In this document: one piece after another, positions 48,991 to 62,361 of the stretch
Numbering within the stretch: the stretch's first letter is position 1
Layout of the letters: each line of letters starts with the position of its first letter
Program-made: the position numbers and the translations under genes
NCBI RefSeq assembly: GCF_024223415.1
Contig: NZ_CP100500.1
Origin: Escherichia coli
GTDB lineage: Bacteria; Pseudomonadota; Gammaproteobacteria; Enterobacterales; Enterobacteriaceae
Direction: 5' to 3' (one strand)
Length of the DNA: 64,000 nucleotides
Notes under the pieces: model-generated
The model's input: only the letters and a program-made list of their open reading frames with translations
What the model was told of the DNA's origin: nothing
The model's database searches: none

Positions 48991-49527
48991 TTAGAACGGA
49001 ATATCGTCATCAAAGTCCATCGGCGGCTCGTTAGACGGCGCTGCCGGAGCGGACTGCTGCGGGCGAGACTGCGCGCCGCCGCTGAACTGATTGCCACCCT
49101 GCGGCTGCTGAGGCTGACCCCAACCGCCCTGCGGCTGACCACCACCGATATTGCCACCTGCAGGAGCGCCACCACCCTGACGACCACCCAGCATCTGCAT
49201 AGTGCCGCCAACGTTCACCACAACTTCTGTGGTGTAGCGATCCTGACCAGATTGATCGGTCCATTTACGGGTACGCAGCTGACCTTCGATATAAACCTGA
49301 GAACCTTTACGCAGATATTCGCTGGCCACTTCTGCCAGTTTGCCGAACAGCACAACGCGGTGCCATTCAGTCTGCTCTTTCATCTCGCCGGTCGCTTTAT
49401 CACGCCAGGATTCGGAAGTAGCCAGCGTAATGTTGGCAACTGCGCCACCATTTGGCATGTAGCGTACTTCCGGGTCCTGACCCAGATTACCAACGAGAAT
49501 AACCTTGTTTACGCCTCTGCTGGCCAT
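48991..49527 (-). CDS. ssb: Single-stranded DNA-binding protein SSB
   Basis: 178-aa ORF; OB-fold N-terminus, Gly/Gln-rich linker, acidic tail DFDDDIPF. Confidence 0.97.
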   Translation of the reverse strand: MASRGVNKVILVGNLGQDPEVRYMPNGGAVANITLATSESWRDKATGEMKEQTEWHRVVLFGKLAEVASEYLRKGSQVYIEGQLRTRKWTDQSGQDRYTTEVVVNVGGTMQMLGGRQGGGAPAGGNIGGGQPQGGWGQPQQPQGGNQFSGGAQSRPQQSAPAAPSNEPPMDFDDDIPF

Positions 49528-49781
49528 GTTCGTGTCTCCTGAAAAAAAATCGTTCTGAATAAGTGTAAACGCGCGATTGTACCATTACCAATAGCGCTTT
49601 TACTATGTTGTGACCTCGGTTCCGGGAAACAAACCTGGCCAGACATTGTTACACAACACTCCGGGTAATGCATTCCAATACTGTATATTCATTCAGGTCA
49701 ATTTGTGTCATAATTAACCGTTTGTGATCGCCGGTAGCACCATGCCACCGGGCAAAAAAGCGTTTAATCCGGGAAAGGTGA

Positions 49782-52604
49782 ATGGATAAGATCGAAGTTC
49801 GGGGCGCCCGCACCCATAATCTCAAAAACATCAACCTCGTTATCCCCCGCGACAAGCTCATTGTCGTGACCGGGCTTTCGGGTTCTGGCAAATCCTCGCT
49901 CGCTTTCGACACCTTATATGCCGAAGGGCAGCGCCGTTACGTTGAATCCCTTTCCGCCTACGCGCGGCAGTTTCTGTCACTGATGGAAAAGCCGGACGTC
50001 GATCATATTGAGGGGCTTTCTCCTGCCATCTCAATTGAGCAGAAATCGACGTCTCATAACCCGCGTTCTACGGTGGGGACAATCACCGAAATCCACGACT
50101 ATTTGCGTTTGTTGTTCGCCCGCGTCGGCGAACCGCGCTGTCCGGACCACGACGTCCCGCTGGCGGCGCAAACCGTCAGCCAGATGGTGGATAACGTGCT
50201 GTCGCAGCCGGAAGGCAAGCGTCTGATGCTGCTCGCGCCAATCATTAAAGAGCGCAAAGGCGAACACACCAAAACGCTGGAGAACCTGGCAAGCCAGGGT
50301 TACATCCGTGCTCGTATTGATGGCGAAGTCTGCGATCTTTCCGATCCGCCGAAACTGGAACTGCAAAAGAAACACACTATTGAAGTGGTGGTTGATCGCT
50401 TCAAGGTGCGTGACGATCTTACCCAACGTCTGGCCGAGTCGTTTGAAACCGCGCTGGAGCTTTCCGGTGGTACCGCGGTAGTGGCGGATATGGACGACCC
50501 GAAAGCGGAAGAGCTGCTGTTTTCCGCCAACTTCGCCTGCCCAATTTGCGGCTACAGTATGCGTGAACTGGAGCCGCGACTGTTTTCGTTTAACAACCCG
50601 GCAGGGGCCTGCCCGACCTGTGACGGCCTCGGCGTACAGCAATATTTCGATCCTGACCGCGTGATCCAAAACCCGGAACTGTCGCTGGCAGGTGGTGCGA
50701 TCCGTGGCTGGGATCGCCGCAACTTCTATTATTTCCAGATGCTGAAATCGCTGGCAGATCACTATAAGTTCGACGTCGAAGCGCCGTGGGGCAGCTTGAG
50801 CGCGAACGTGCATAAAGTGGTGTTGTACGGTTCTGGCAAAGAAAACATTGAATTCAAATACATGAACGATCGTGGCGATACCTCCATCCGTCGTCATCCG
50901 TTCGAAGGCGTGCTGCACAATATGGAGCGCCGTTATAAAGAGACAGAATCCAGTGCGGTACGTGAAGAATTAGCCAAGTTTATCAGCAATCGCCCGTGCG
51001 CCAGCTGCGAAGGAACGCGTCTGCGTCGGGAAGCGCGCCACGTGTATGTCGAGAATACGCCGCTGCCCGCTATCTCCGACATGAGCATCGGTCATGCGAT
51101 GGAATTCTTCAACAATCTCAAACTCGCAGGTCAGCGGGCGAAGATTGCGGAAAAAATTCTTAAAGAGATCGGCGATCGTTTGAAATTCCTCGTTAACGTC
51201 GGCCTGAATTACCTGACACTTTCCCGCTCGGCAGAAACGCTTTCCGGCGGTGAAGCCCAGCGTATCCGTCTGGCGAGCCAGATTGGTGCGGGCCTGGTTG
51301 GCGTTATGTATGTACTGGACGAGCCGTCTATCGGCCTGCACCAGCGCGATAACGAGCGCCTGTTGGGTACGCTTATCCATCTGCGCGATCTCGGTAATAC
51401 CGTGATTGTGGTGGAGCACGACGAAGACGCGATTCGCGCCGCAGACCATGTGATCGACATTGGCCCGGGCGCAGGTGTTCACGGCGGTGAAGTGGTCGCA
51501 GAAGGTCCGCTGGAAGCGATTATGGCGGTGCCGGAGTCGTTGACCGGGCAGTACATGAGCGGTAAACGCAAGATTGAAGTGCCGAAGAAACGCGTTCCGG
51601 CGAATCCGGAAAAAGTGCTGAAGCTGACAGGCGCACGCGGTAATAACCTGAAAGACGTGACGCTGACGCTGCCAGTCGGTCTGTTTACCTGCATCACAGG
51701 GGTTTCAGGTTCCGGTAAATCGACGCTGATTAACGACACACTGTTCCCGATTGCCCAACGCCAGTTGAATGGGGCGACCATCGCCGAACCAGCACCGTAT
51801 CGCGATATTCAGGGGCTGGAGCATTTCGATAAAGTGATCGATATCGACCAAAGCCCAATTGGTCGTACTCCGCGTTCTAACCCGGCGACCTATACCGGCG
51901 TGTTTACACCTGTGCGCGAACTGTTTGCGGGCGTACCGGAATCCCGTGCTCGTGGTTATACGCCAGGACGTTTCAGCTTTAACGTCCGTGGCGGACGCTG
52001 CGAGGCCTGTCAGGGCGATGGCGTGATCAAAGTGGAGATGCACTTCCTGCCGGACATTTACGTGCCGTGCGACCAGTGCAAAGGTAAACGCTATAACCGT
52101 GAAACGCTGGAGATTAAGTACAAAGGCAAAACCATCCACGAAGTGCTGGATATGACCATCGAAGAGGCGCGTGAGTTCTTTGATGCGGTGCCAGCTCTGG
52201 CGCGTAAGCTGCAAACGTTGATGGACGTTGGCCTGACGTACATTCGCCTGGGGCAGTCCGCAACCACACTTTCTGGTGGTGAAGCCCAGCGCGTGAAGCT
52301 GGCGCGTGAGCTGTCAAAACGCGGCACCGGGCAGACACTGTATATTCTCGACGAGCCGACCACCGGTCTGCACTTCGCCGATATTCAGCAACTGCTCGAC
52401 GTACTGCATAAACTGCGCGATCAGGGCAACACCATTGTGGTGATTGAGCACAATCTCGACGTGATCAAAACCGCTGACTGGATTGTCGACCTGGGACCAG
52501 AAGGCGGCAGTGGCGGCGGCGAAATCCTCGTCTCCGGTACGCCAGAAACCGTCGCGGAGTGCGAAGCTTCGCATACGGCACGCTTCCTCAAGCCGATGCT
52601 GTAA
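49782..52604 (+). CDS. uvrA: Excinuclease ABC subunit A UvrA
   Basis: 940-aa ORF with two ABC ATPase modules and zinc-finger CxxC pairs; divergent from ssb. Confidence 0.97.
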   Translation: MDKIEVRGARTHNLKNINLVIPRDKLIVVTGLSGSGKSSLAFDTLYAEGQRRYVESLSAYARQFLSLMEKPDVDHIEGLSPAISIEQKSTSHNPRSTVGTITEIHDYLRLLFARVGEPRCPDHDVPLAAQTVSQMVDNVLSQPEGKRLMLLAPIIKERKGEHTKTLENLASQGYIRARIDGEVCDLSDPPKLELQKKHTIEVVVDRFKVRDDLTQRLAESFETALELSGGTAVVADMDDPKAEELLFSANFACPICGYSMRELEPRLFSFNNPAGACPTCDGLGVQQYFDPDRVIQNPELSLAGGAIRGWDRRNFYYFQMLKSLADHYKFDVEAPWGSLSANVHKVVLYGSGKENIEFKYMNDRGDTSIRRHPFEGVLHNMERRYKETESSAVREELAKFISNRPCASCEGTRLRREARHVYVENTPLPAISDMSIGHAMEFFNNLKLAGQRAKIAEKILKEIGDRLKFLVNVGLNYLTLSRSAETLSGGEAQRIRLASQIGAGLVGVMYVLDEPSIGLHQRDNERLLGTLIHLRDLGNTVIVVEHDEDAIRAADHVIDIGPGAGVHGGEVVAEGPLEAIMAVPESLTGQYMSGKRKIEVPKKRVPANPEKVLKLTGARGNNLKDVTLTLPVGLFTCITGVSGSGKSTLINDTLFPIAQRQLNGATIAEPAPYRDIQGLEHFDKVIDIDQSPIGRTPRSNPATYTGVFTPVRELFAGVPESRARGYTPGRFSFNVRGGRCEACQGDGVIKVEMHFLPDIYVPCDQCKGKRYNRETLEIKYKGKTIHEVLDMTIEEAREFFDAVPALARKLQTLMDVGLTYIRLGQSATTLSGGEAQRVKLARELSKRGTGQTLYILDEPTTGLHFADIQQLLDVLHKLRDQGNTIVVIEHNLDVIKTADWIVDLGPEGGSGGGEILVSGTPETVAECEASHTARFLKPML

Positions 52605-52618
52605 TCGTTAAGGCCGCT

Positions 52619-52650
52619 TTCCGAGCGGCCTTTTCCTTTCAGAGTTGCAC
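52619..52650. terminator. Rho-independent terminator between convergent uvrA and yjbR
   Basis: aaggccgctttccgagcggcctt stem-loop followed by a T-run. Confidence 0.65.
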
Positions 52651-52995
52651 CAGCAATTTACGTTTTTCTTCCGGCAGTAAATTCTCCGCCTGCTGATAAG
52701 ACGCATCCACCAGATAATAGATTTGCGAATCCGGCAGCGAACCATCGAGATACACGGTGCTCCAGTGCGCTTTATTCAGATGGCGGCTTGGACGCACATC
52801 GCTGTGCTGCTGACGTAGCAGCTCCGCCAGCTCCGGGCTGGTTTTCAGCGAAACAGCTGGGCGATTTTCTACTTCTTTCACCATCGCAAACAGTACATCT
52901 TCCACTTTGATCTGCGTCGCTTTCCAGTCGTTATGCACGCTCTGTTCTGCGCCTGGTTTTGCCATGCAATATTGTAGCAACTCCGAAATGGTCAT
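52639..52995 (-). CDS. yjbR: Uncharacterised protein YjbR
   Basis: 118-aa ORF matching recalled YjbR. Confidence 0.85.
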   Translation of the reverse strand: MTISELLQYCMAKPGAEQSVHNDWKATQIKVEDVLFAMVKEVENRPAVSLKTSPELAELLRQQHSDVRPSRHLNKAHWSTVYLDGSLPDSQIYYLVDASYQQAENLLPEEKRKLLVQL

Positions 52996-52998
52996 TTT

Positions 52999-53415
52999 TT
53001 ACTCCCCTTGTAGTGTCGCGATGATGCGACGCGATCCGCCGTGGATGCGATGTTCCCCCAGCCAAATGCCTTGCCAGGTGCCGGTCTGAATACGCCCTTT
53101 ATGCACCGGCAATACAAGCGATGTTCCCAGCATTGAGGATTTGATATGAGAAGGCATATCGTCTGCTCCCTCATAGTCATGCTCATAGTTTCCATTATCG
53201 GGAACGGTGCGGAGGAAAAAACGCTCCATGTCGTGGCGTACGGTGGGATCGCAGTTCTCATTAAGTGTCAGAGAGGCGGAGGTATGTTGCAGCAACAGAT
53301 GCAGTAAGCCGATGTTAACGCGCGGCATATCAGCCAGCTGATTCAGAATTTCATCCGTTACCAGATGAAACCCACGAGATTTGGCGCTAAGCGTGAGCGT
53401 CTTTTGATACCACAT
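52999..53415 (-). CDS. yjbQ: UPF0047 family protein YjbQ
   Basis: 138-aa ORF matching recalled YjbQ. Confidence 0.85.
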
Positions 53416-53525
53416 GTGCTGCTCCTTGATAAAACTCTCTTAATCAGTTTGCAGCAAGACAGCGAAAGGATAAAGGTGTGATTAAAAAAACAGCATTCGG
53501 GAGAGTGTCACGCTCTCCCGCTCTG

Positions 53526-54443
<918 letters not shown>

Positions 54444-54655
54444 TTAATTTTACGTTTATTATGATGAATCCTCTGCAAATGAGCGAAATTTGATAGAACA
54501 TTTATCTGCTGTACGATTTAATGAACTTAATGATACAGCATTACAAAAACAATCGAAGTTTATAAAATAACATTTTTATAAAGATGATTTCTGATTGACC
54601 AGAACCCTACCATACAATGGTGACTAATTTTATTACTCTCGAAGGAGATGATGAC

Positions 54656-55141
54656 ATGAATATATCATATGTGAATAGCAACAAAACGACATCTTTACCT
54701 GTAGAGCTAGATACACTAAATAACAAAGATATCTCTTATGCCAAAGATTTCTTTTTATATATAGAAATACAGTTAAAAATTGCAAAAGATTTTTGTAGAC
54801 CTGGAGAAGAAGTATCAAGTTCTATTGCAAGTACAGTTTTTCACGCTTTTATTGATTTAGTTAACAAAATCAGGGGAAAGAAAGATTGTATGTATATTTG
54901 TACGCTTTGCTGTTTTGCCGAGGAGGTTAAAGGTGATTATTCTCATTACAGGACCTTTTCATTTGATATCGGTAATCAATATAAGGTTAAACTTACACAA
55001 AGCGGAAAAGATGAGTTCTCTTTAACTTTAGAATTTAACGATACTATAATTGAATCTCAGAAAGTCACAGGCAATAAGGCAAAGCATATTCTTAAGGATA
55101 TAGCAGAATACTATCGTAACAAACCCGGCACTTATTATTAA
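54656..55141 (+). CDS. Hypothetical Cys-rich AT-rich protein at the K-12 yjbS position
   Basis: ORF 54617..55141 (174 aa; 161 aa from MNISYVNSN); AT-rich; K-12 yjbS is recalled as much shorter, so this may be a longer or intact allele. Confidence 0.45.
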   Translation: MNISYVNSNKTTSLPVELDTLNNKDISYAKDFFLYIEIQLKIAKDFCRPGEEVSSSIASTVFHAFIDLVNKIRGKKDCMYICTLCCFAEEVKGDYSHYRTFSFDIGNQYKVKLTQSGKDEFSLTLEFNDTIIESQKVTGNKAKHILKDIAEYYRNKPGTYY

Positions 55142-55361
55142 GTTTAATAATGATTAGAAATGCAGAAATTATTACCCCACACAAAAAACAGGGTAAGGAA
55201 TTCCAGATAATTAGGATAATCTTAACAATAAAATAACTAACAACGTTTATTATCTCTCACGTAGAACGATGGTATCAAAAAAATCATCTATAAAGAAAGT
55301 GTGAAAGCGACGACAGTTTAATTTCACTGCAGGCTGGGTAATTCCAGCCTGCTTTACTGCA

Positions 55362-56555
55362 TTACATCACCGCAGCAAACGCCTTTGCCACACGTTGTAC
55401 ATTTGCCGTATTTAACCCGGCGACACACATGCGACCGCTGGCGATGAGATAGACACCAAATTCTTCACGTAGTCGGTCAACCTGAGCGGCACTTAAACCG
55501 GTATAACTGAACATGCCGCGCTGATTAAGCAGATAATCGAAATTGCGTTCTGGCATCTCTGTGCTCAATACCTTCACCAGTTCCTGACGCATTGCCAGAA
55601 TGCGAGTACGCATCTCTTCTACTTCCGCCAGCCAGCTGGCTTTCAATGCCTCGTCATTCAGCACCGCAGCCACCACCTGCGCACCAAAATTCGGCGGGCT
55701 GGAGTAGTTGCGGCGAACTGTTGCTTTCAATTGCCCCAGTACGCGGCCTGCAGCTTCGGCATCTTCACACAGAACAGAAAGTCCGCCAACGCGCTCGCCG
55801 TAAAGGGAGAAAATTTTTGAGAACGAATTGCTCACCAGAGCGGGTAATCCAGCGCTGGCAATGGCGCGAATGGCGTAGGCATCCTCTTCCATACCGGCAC
55901 CAAATCCTTGATAGGCAATATCAAGGAATGGGATAAGCTCGCGGGCTTTGAGAATTTCAATCACCGCATCCCACTGGTCATTAGTGAGATCGGCACCCGT
56001 TGGGTTGTGGCAACATGGATGCAGCAACACAATACTGCGGGCAGGTAATGTTTTCAGCATCGCCAACAGGTCATTAAAGCGCACGCCGTTAGTCGCTTCG
56101 TCATACCAGGGGTAAGTACTTACTTCGAATCCAGCCCCGGCGAATATTGCTACGTGGTTTTCCCAGGTAGGATCGCTGACCCAGACGCCTGATTCCGGAA
56201 AGTAGCGTTTCAGGAAATCCGCGCCCACTTTCAATGCCCCTGAGCCGCCAAGGGTTTGAATGGTTGCTACGCGCTGTTGTTGCAGTACCGGATGGTCGGC
56301 ACCAAACAGCAGCGGCGCAATGGCATGGCGATAGCTGTTAAGCCCTTCCATCGGTAAATAAAGCGAAGCGCCATGAGGCACCGCATTCAGGCGCGCTTCT
56401 GCATCAGCCACGGCTTTCAATTGTGGAATAATTCCATCTTCGTTGTAGTACAGACCGATACTTAAATTCACTTTGTCGCTGCGAGGGTCTTCTTTAAAAC
56501 GCTCCATAAGCGTAAGAATCGGGTCGCCAGCGTAGGCGTCAACTTTTTGAAACAC
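55362..56555 (-). CDS. tyrB: Aromatic-amino-acid aminotransferase TyrB
   Basis: ORF 55362..56597; TyrB N-terminus (M)[13 protein letters not shown] begins at a GTG at 56555; PLP-lysine motif [16 protein letters not shown]. Confidence 0.93.
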   Translation of the reverse strand: MFQKVDAYAGDPILTLMERFKEDPRSDKVNLSIGLYYNEDGIIPQLKAVADAEARLNAVPHGASLYLPMEGLNSYRHAIAPLLFGADHPVLQQQRVATIQTLGGSGALKVGADFLKRYFPESGVWVSDPTWENHVAIFAGAGFEVSTYPWYDEATNGVRFNDLLAMLKTLPARSIVLLHPCCHNPTGADLTNDQWDAVIEILKARELIPFLDIAYQGFGAGMEEDAYAIRAIASAGLPALVSNSFSKIFSLYGERVGGLSVLCEDAEAAGRVLGQLKATVRRNYSSPPNFGAQVVAAVLNDEALKASWLAEVEEMRTRILAMRQELVKVLSTEMPERNFDYLLNQRGMFSYTGLSAAQVDRLREEFGVYLIASGRMCVAGLNTANVQRVAKAFAAVM

Positions 56556-56749
56556 GCGATGGTTCTCCAGGTTTACGGGCAGGTGGTTAAAACACAATAA
56601 ACCGGAAGAAGGCGAAGATCGAGTGGATGTTCAGGGGCGAACGGCAATTAGCAACAGAGTGAGACTCATGACAAACGTACATCCGCCAGAGGCACGACCT
56701 TTATAAGAGCATTAAAGAATATCAACTTATTGAATTGGTAGGATTTTAT

Positions 56750-56795
56750 TGGCCGGATAAGGCATTCACGCCGCATCCGGCACAGACAATCAAAT
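56750..56795. repeat. REP element between tyrB and alr
   Basis: ggccggataaggcattcacgccgcatccggcac. Confidence 0.7.
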
Positions 56796-56807
56796 ATTAC
56801 AGAACGA

Positions 56808-57887
56808 TTAATCCACGTATTTCATCGCGACCCTTGAAGTCAGGCGCGTGATAAGTTCGTAAGCGCTCACTTTTGTCATTTCAGCGATACGTTCTACGGG
56901 CAAACCTTCGCCCCATAAAATGACCGGATCCCCGGCTTTGTCCTGCGCCTGTGGACCTAAGTCTACGCAAATCATATCCATCGCCACGCGCCCGACAATC
57001 GGCACTTCGCGACCGTTCACCAGCACTGGCGTACCGGACGGCGCGGCGCGCGGATAACCATCGCCATAGCCCATCGCGACTACGCCAAGGCGGGTATCAC
57101 GTTCGCTTACCCAGGTTCCACCATAACCGACAGGCTCTCCGGCTTTATGCTCACGCACGGCAATCAGGCTGGAGGTTAGTGACATCACTGGCTGACAGCC
57201 AAAATCGGCACCGGTGGAGCGATCTTCCAGCGGAGATACGCCGTAAAGAATGATGCCCGGGCGCACCCAGTCAAAATGCGACTGTGGCCACAGCAGAATG
57301 CCACCCGACGCGGCAATGGAACGTTGACCTGGTTTGCCTTCGCAAAAGGTATTAAAGATAGCGAGTTGTTTCTCGGTTGAGCCACATTTTGGTTCATCCG
57401 CGCGCGCAAAATGGCTGACGATATTCACCGGCTGACGAACGTTTTTGCACTGGGTCAGGCGATGATAAAACGCCTCAGCCTGTTCCGGCCTTACGCCCAG
57501 ACGGTGCATACCGGTATCGAGTTTCATCCAGACGGTAACCGGCTCGTCCAGGCTAGCCTCTTCCAGCGCAGCCAGCTGTTCTTCGTTATGCACGGCGGTA
57601 TGAAAATGTTGCGCAGAAATCGTCGGCAGATCTCTGGCATCAAAAAAGCCTTCGAGTAACAGTACAGGTTTGGTGATTCCCCCCGCACGCAGTCGCAGAG
57701 CTTCTTCGAGACGGGCTACGCCAAAGGCGTCAGCATCGGGGAGCGTTCGCGCGGTCTCAAGAAGACCGTGACCATAAGCGTTCGCTTTCACCACCGCAAC
57801 CATTTTACTGGCAGGTGCCAGTTCACGAAGACGTTGCAGGTTGTGTCGCAGAGCGCGGCGGTTAATCACAACAGTTGCCGCTTGCAT
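56808..57887 (-). CDS. alr: Alanine racemase (biosynthetic)
   Basis: 359-aa ORF; PLP-lysine motif [11 protein letters not shown]. Confidence 0.95.
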   Translation of the reverse strand: MQAATVVINRRALRHNLQRLRELAPASKMVAVVKANAYGHGLLETARTLPDADAFGVARLEEALRLRAGGITKPVLLLEGFFDARDLPTISAQHFHTAVHNEEQLAALEEASLDEPVTVWMKLDTGMHRLGVRPEQAEAFYHRLTQCKNVRQPVNIVSHFARADEPKCGSTEKQLAIFNTFCEGKPGQRSIAASGGILLWPQSHFDWVRPGIILYGVSPLEDRSTGADFGCQPVMSLTSSLIAVREHKAGEPVGYGGTWVSERDTRLGVVAMGYGDGYPRAAPSGTPVLVNGREVPIVGRVAMDMICVDLGPQAQDKAGDPVILWGEGLPVERIAEMTKVSAYELITRLTSRVAMKYVD

Positions 57888-57939
57888 TTGTGTTCCTTGA
57901 TAAGTGTTTGCTTTAATTACCTAATTCATAAAATAATTA

Positions 57940-59355
57940 TTATTCGTCGTCGTACTGCGGCCCCGCATAGTTGTCGAAGCGCGACCATTGACCATTAAAG
58001 GTCAGGCGTACCGTCCCGATTGGGCCGTTACGTTGTTTACCGATAATAATTTCCGCGATGCCTTTTAAATCACTGTTTTCGTGATACACCTCATCACGAT
58101 AGATAAACATGATCAAGTCCGCATCCTGCTCGATAGAGCCAGATTCACGCAGGTCGGAGTTGACCGGGCGTTTGTCGGCACGTTGTTCCAGAGAACGGTT
58201 CAACTGGGACAGCGCCACCACCGGCACGTTCAGTTCTTTCGCCAGTGCTTTCAGCGAGCGGGAGATTTCTGCAATTTCCAGCGTACGGTTATCGGAAAGC
58301 GCCGGTACGCGCATCAGTTGCAGGTAGTCGATCATGATAAGCCCGATGCCGCCGTGTTCACGGGCAATACGGCGTGCGCGGGAACGCACTTCCGTTGGCG
58401 TCAAGCCGGAGGAGTCATCGATATAGATATTGCGTTTTTCGAGCAAAATACCCATGGTGCCGGAAATGCGCGCCCAGTCTTCATCATCGAGCTGCCCGGT
58501 ACGGATTTTAGTCTGGTCAACGCGCGACAGCGACGCCAGAGAACGCATCATAATCTGTTCTGATGGCATCTCCAGCGAGAAGATAAGTACCGGTTTATCC
58601 TGCAACATCGCCGCGTTTTCGACGAGGTTCATCGCAAATGTTGTTTTACCCATCGACGGACGCGCGGCGACGATGATCAAATCCGACGGCTGCAAGCCAG
58701 CGGTTTTTTTGTTGAGATCGTCATAACCGGTGTTTACCCCGGTAACGCCATCGTGTGGCTGCTGAAACAACTGCTCAATACGCGCCACGGTTGCGTCGAG
58801 CACATCGGCGATGTTCTTCGGCCCTTCGTCTTTGTTTGCACGACTTTCGGCAATTTTAAAGACGCGGGATTCAGCCAGGTCCAGCAGATCTTCGCTGGTA
58901 CGCCCCTGCGGATCAAAACCGGCTTCGGCAATCTCATTCGCAACCGAGATCATCTCACGGACAACGGCACGTTCACGCACGATGTCCGCATAGGCACTGA
59001 TGTTCGCCGCACTTGGCGTATTTTTTGACAGCTCTGCCAGATAAGCAAAACCACCGACGCTATCGAGTTGCCCCTGGCGTTCCAGCGATTCCGCAAGGGT
59101 AATCAGATCGATAGGACTACCGCTTTCCTGCAAACGCGCCATTTCAGTAAAGATATGACGGTGTGGGCGGGTGTAAAAATCGTCTGCTACCACACGCTCG
59201 GCTACATCATCCCAGCGTTCGTTATCCAGCATTAAACCGCCCAACACCGACTGCTCCGCTTCGATCGAGTGCGGAGGCACTTTCAGCCCGGCAACTTGTG
59301 GATCGCGTTCGCGGGGTTCAGCCTGCTGTTTGTTGAAGGGTTTATTTCCTGCCAT
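57940..59355 (-). CDS. dnaB: Replicative DNA helicase DnaB
   Basis: 471-aa ORF; Walker A GARPSMGKTT; matches recalled DnaB. Confidence 0.97.
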   Translation of the reverse strand: MAGNKPFNKQQAEPRERDPQVAGLKVPPHSIEAEQSVLGGLMLDNERWDDVAERVVADDFYTRPHRHIFTEMARLQESGSPIDLITLAESLERQGQLDSVGGFAYLAELSKNTPSAANISAYADIVRERAVVREMISVANEIAEAGFDPQGRTSEDLLDLAESRVFKIAESRANKDEGPKNIADVLDATVARIEQLFQQPHDGVTGVNTGYDDLNKKTAGLQPSDLIIVAARPSMGKTTFAMNLVENAAMLQDKPVLIFSLEMPSEQIMMRSLASLSRVDQTKIRTGQLDDEDWARISGTMGILLEKRNIYIDDSSGLTPTEVRSRARRIAREHGGIGLIMIDYLQLMRVPALSDNRTLEIAEISRSLKALAKELNVPVVALSQLNRSLEQRADKRPVNSDLRESGSIEQDADLIMFIYRDEVYHENSDLKGIAEIIIGKQRNGPIGTVRLTFNGQWSRFDNYAGPQYDDE

Positions 59356-59437
59356 AGTGAATGGAGTTACCGAGATAAAGAATGGGTCGAAACTTTACCA
59401 TATGAAGCAGACCCTGACGATACGTTCTGGAGGACAC

Positions 59438-60421
59438 ATGGCAACACGAATTGAATTTCACAAGCACGGTGGCCCGGAAGTACTTCAAGCCGTAGAGTTC
59501 ACTCCTGCCGATCCAGCGGAGAATGAAATCCAGGTCGAAAATAAAGCCATCGGCATCAATTTTATCGACACATATATCCGCAGCGGCCTTTACCCGCCGC
59601 CATCGCTACCCAGCGGATTAGGCACCGAAGCAGCAGGCATCGTGAGTAAAGTCGGCAGTGGTGTAAAGCATATTAAGGCAGGCGATCGTGTAGTCTATGC
59701 GCAGTCGGCGTTAGGCGCTTACAGCTCTGTGCATAACATTATTGCGGATAAAGCGGCGATTCTGCCTGCGGCAATTTCTTTTGAGCAAGCTGCGGCATCC
59801 TTCCTGAAAGGCTTAACGGTTTATTATCTGCTGCGCAAAACCTATGAAATTAAACCCGATGAGCAGTTCCTGTTCCACGCAGCAGCTGGCGGCGTTGGCT
59901 TGATTGCCTGCCAGTGGGCAAAAGCCCTGGGCGCGAAACTTATCGGCACCGTAGGAACCGCGCAAAAAGCGCAGAGCGCGCTAAAAGCGGGCGCGTGGCA
60001 GGTTATTAACTATCGTGAAGAGAATCTGGTCGAGCGGTTAAAAGAGATCACCGGTGGTAAAAAAGTGCGCGTGGTGTACGATTCCGTGGGCAGAGACACC
60101 TGGGAACGGTCGCTGGATTGCCTGCAACGCCGCGGCTTAATGGTGAGTTTTGGCAACTCATCAGGTGCGGTTACCGGTGTGAACTTAGGCATTCTCAATC
60201 AGAAAGGCTCGTTGTATGTGACACGCCCTTCCCTGCAAGGCTATATCACCACGCGGGAGGAATTAACCGAGGCCAGTAATGAACTGTTCTCTTTGATTGC
60301 CAGCGGTGTGATTAAGGTCGATGTCGCCGAGCAGCAGAAATATCCGCTGAAGGATGCGCAGCGTGCGCATGAGATTCTGGAAAGCCGGGCGACGCAAGGT
60401 TCCAGCCTGTTGATTCCATAA
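59438..60421 (+). CDS. qor: NADPH:quinone oxidoreductase (zeta-crystallin homolog) Qor
   Basis: ORF 59330..60421; recalled start MATRIEFHKHGGPEVL at 59438; Rossmann motif AAAGGVG. Confidence 0.92.
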   Translation: MATRIEFHKHGGPEVLQAVEFTPADPAENEIQVENKAIGINFIDTYIRSGLYPPPSLPSGLGTEAAGIVSKVGSGVKHIKAGDRVVYAQSALGAYSSVHNIIADKAAILPAAISFEQAAASFLKGLTVYYLLRKTYEIKPDEQFLFHAAAGGVGLIACQWAKALGAKLIGTVGTAQKAQSALKAGAWQVINYREENLVERLKEITGGKKVRVVYDSVGRDTWERSLDCLQRRGLMVSFGNSSGAVTGVNLGILNQKGSLYVTRPSLQGYITTREELTEASNELFSLIASGVIKVDVAEQQKYPLKDAQRAHEILESRATQGSSLLIP

Positions 60422-60428
60422 AAGAAAT

Positions 60429-60460
60429 AGGGCTTCCACCTGGGAAGCCCTTTCTTTTTA
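60429..60460 (+). terminator. Rho-independent terminator of qor
   Basis: agggcttccacctgggaagccct stem-loop followed by tttcttttta. Confidence 0.7.
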
Positions 60461-60586
60461 TAGTTCGGCTGTATGTAGGGTACAGCACGATGAATCTGTT
60501 AGAGGCGCAATAGTGACAGATTTGATTATCAATTCCTATTTTGTTCTAAGGATAAAACCTTAGGTTGTGATCATCCGCACAATCCC

Positions 60587-60829
60587 TTAGTAACGCCAGC
60601 GGTCATAACGCTGATATTTCGGCACTTTTGGTGCTTTAATCGCCTTAATAACCCACACCACCGCAATCGCCAGGAGTAACCACGGCAGCAACTTAATCAT
60701 CAATGCCAGCATACCGCCGAGGAACATAATGGCCGTCGCCACAACCAGCGCGGCGATAATGCCCAGCAACGAAACGCCGGTGACCATCAGCATGACAAAA
60801 AAGCCAATCACAAAAAGTAGTTCCAGCAT
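60587..60829 (-). CDS. pspG: Phage shock protein G
   Basis: 80-aa hydrophobic protein starting MLELLFVIGFFVM within ORF 60587..61039. Confidence 0.85.
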   Translation of the reverse strand: MLELLFVIGFFVMLMVTGVSLLGIIAALVVATAIMFLGGMLALMIKLLPWLLLAIAVVWVIKAIKAPKVPKYQRYDRWRY

Positions 60830-60863
60830 GATGCTCTCCCAAATATGAAATCTCTTGCTGGCA

Positions 60864-60881
60864 TTACAAGAATCATGCCAA
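60864..60881 (-). promoter_or_regulatory. Putative sigma-54 (-24/-12) promoter of pspG
   Basis: Minus strand reads TGGCATgattcTTGTAA (consensus TGGCAC-N5-TTGCA) about 40 bp upstream of the pspG start. Confidence 0.55.
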
Positions 60882-60962
60882 AAATAATCTATTGATTTAA
60901 CAGCAAAACGCCCCGCGAATTTGCGCAGGGCGTGGTGAATTTGACTACTTTTTGGTGAAAAG

Positions 60963-62006
60963 TTAACGCTTATCCGCCACCAGTTTGAGCGCGTGTTCCA
61001 GCACGTTAATGTCAGCACCCGCTTTATGGGCATTTTCACTTAAATAACGCCGCCACTGCCGCGCGCCAGGAATACCCTGGAACAAGCCCAGCATATGCCG
61101 GGTAATATGACCGAGATACGTCCCCTGGCTGAGTTCACACTCAATGTACGGATACATGGCGCGCACTACCGCCACCGGATCGGCATCGGTATCCGAGGAA
61201 CCAAAGATCTCTCGGTCTACCGCCGCCAGAATACCCGGATTCTGATACGCCTCGCGCCCGACCATCACGCCATCCATATGTTGCAAATGCGCTTTAGCCT
61301 CTTCCAGCGACTTGATACCACCGTTAATCGACATTGTCAGATGCGGAAAGTCACGCTTCAGTTGATACACACGCGGATAATCGAGCGCCGGGATTTCACG
61401 GTTTTCTTTCGGGCTTAACCCAGAAAGCCAGGCTTTACGTGCATGGATGATGAACATCTCACACTCGCCTTTGCCGGAAACGGTGTTGATGAAATCGCAG
61501 AGAAATTCATAGCTGTCCTGGTCATCGATGCCAATACGCGTTTTCACCGTCACCGGAATCGACACCACATCGCGCATCGCTTTCACGCAGTCGGCAACCA
61601 GCTGCGCATTACCCATCAGACACGCACCAAACATGCCGTTCTGCACCCGGTCAGACGGGCAGCCGACATTCAGGTTGATCTCATCATATCCACGCGCTTC
61701 TGCCAGCTTCGCACACTGCGCCAGCGCCGCCGGATCGCTACCGCCGAGTTGCAACGCTACCGGATGTTCTTCTTCACTGCACGCCAGATAATCACCTTTA
61801 CCGTGAATAATCGCCCCTGTAGTCACCATTTCGGTATACAGCAACGTATTGCGGGAAAGCAGACGCAAGAAATAGCGGCAATGTCTGTCCGTCCAGTCGA
61901 GCATTGGTGCAACGCTAAACCGACCACTCCAGTGAACGTCAGTTTTTTCAGGCATTGCGCTGGTTTGGTTGATTTTTTGCATTTCAGAATTACCGTGCAT
62001 TTTCAA
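60963..62006 (-). CDS. dusA: tRNA-dihydrouridine(20/20a) synthase DusA
   Basis: 347-aa ORF with TIM-barrel Dus family features (catalytic Cys region, FMN-binding); start may be internal. Confidence 0.9.
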   Translation of the reverse strand: MKMHGNSEMQKINQTSAMPEKTDVHWSGRFSVAPMLDWTDRHCRYFLRLLSRNTLLYTEMVTTGAIIHGKGDYLACSEEEHPVALQLGGSDPAALAQCAKLAEARGYDEINLNVGCPSDRVQNGMFGACLMGNAQLVADCVKAMRDVVSIPVTVKTRIGIDDQDSYEFLCDFINTVSGKGECEMFIIHARKAWLSGLSPKENREIPALDYPRVYQLKRDFPHLTMSINGGIKSLEEAKAHLQHMDGVMVGREAYQNPGILAAVDREIFGSSDTDADPVAVVRAMYPYIECELSQGTYLGHITRHMLGLFQGIPGARQWRRYLSENAHKAGADINVLEHALKLVADKR

Positions 62007-62294
62007 ATGTAGAGATTATTTTATCGATATATCATTGAGTTATGTTATTCAGCATCACTGTTCAGGAGGCTCAATAGCGGGGTACTATACCATAACAACA
62101 GGAAGCGCCTGTCTCATTGCAAAAGAAAATTGAGATCCTCTCAAGGCATGAAGCTCTCACGAAGTGATGGAAATAATCTTATTAGCCGTTAGCTTTGTTA
62201 AGGCCAATGATAAACAATCCAGGTTCGACGATAAATAAAAATCACACATTAAACTCCGGTGATATCTCTCCCTGCTAATAGCACTGATAGAGAA

Positions 62295-62325
62295 AAAAGG
62301 ACCCAATAAGCATTGGGTCCTTTTA
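62295..62325. terminator. Rho-independent terminator downstream of yjbM
   Basis: aaaaaggacccaataagcattgggtcctttt stem-loop with flanking A and T runs. Confidence 0.65.
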
Positions 62326-62361
62326 TATAATGCCTTCCATACTATCGAAGAACTTCACATA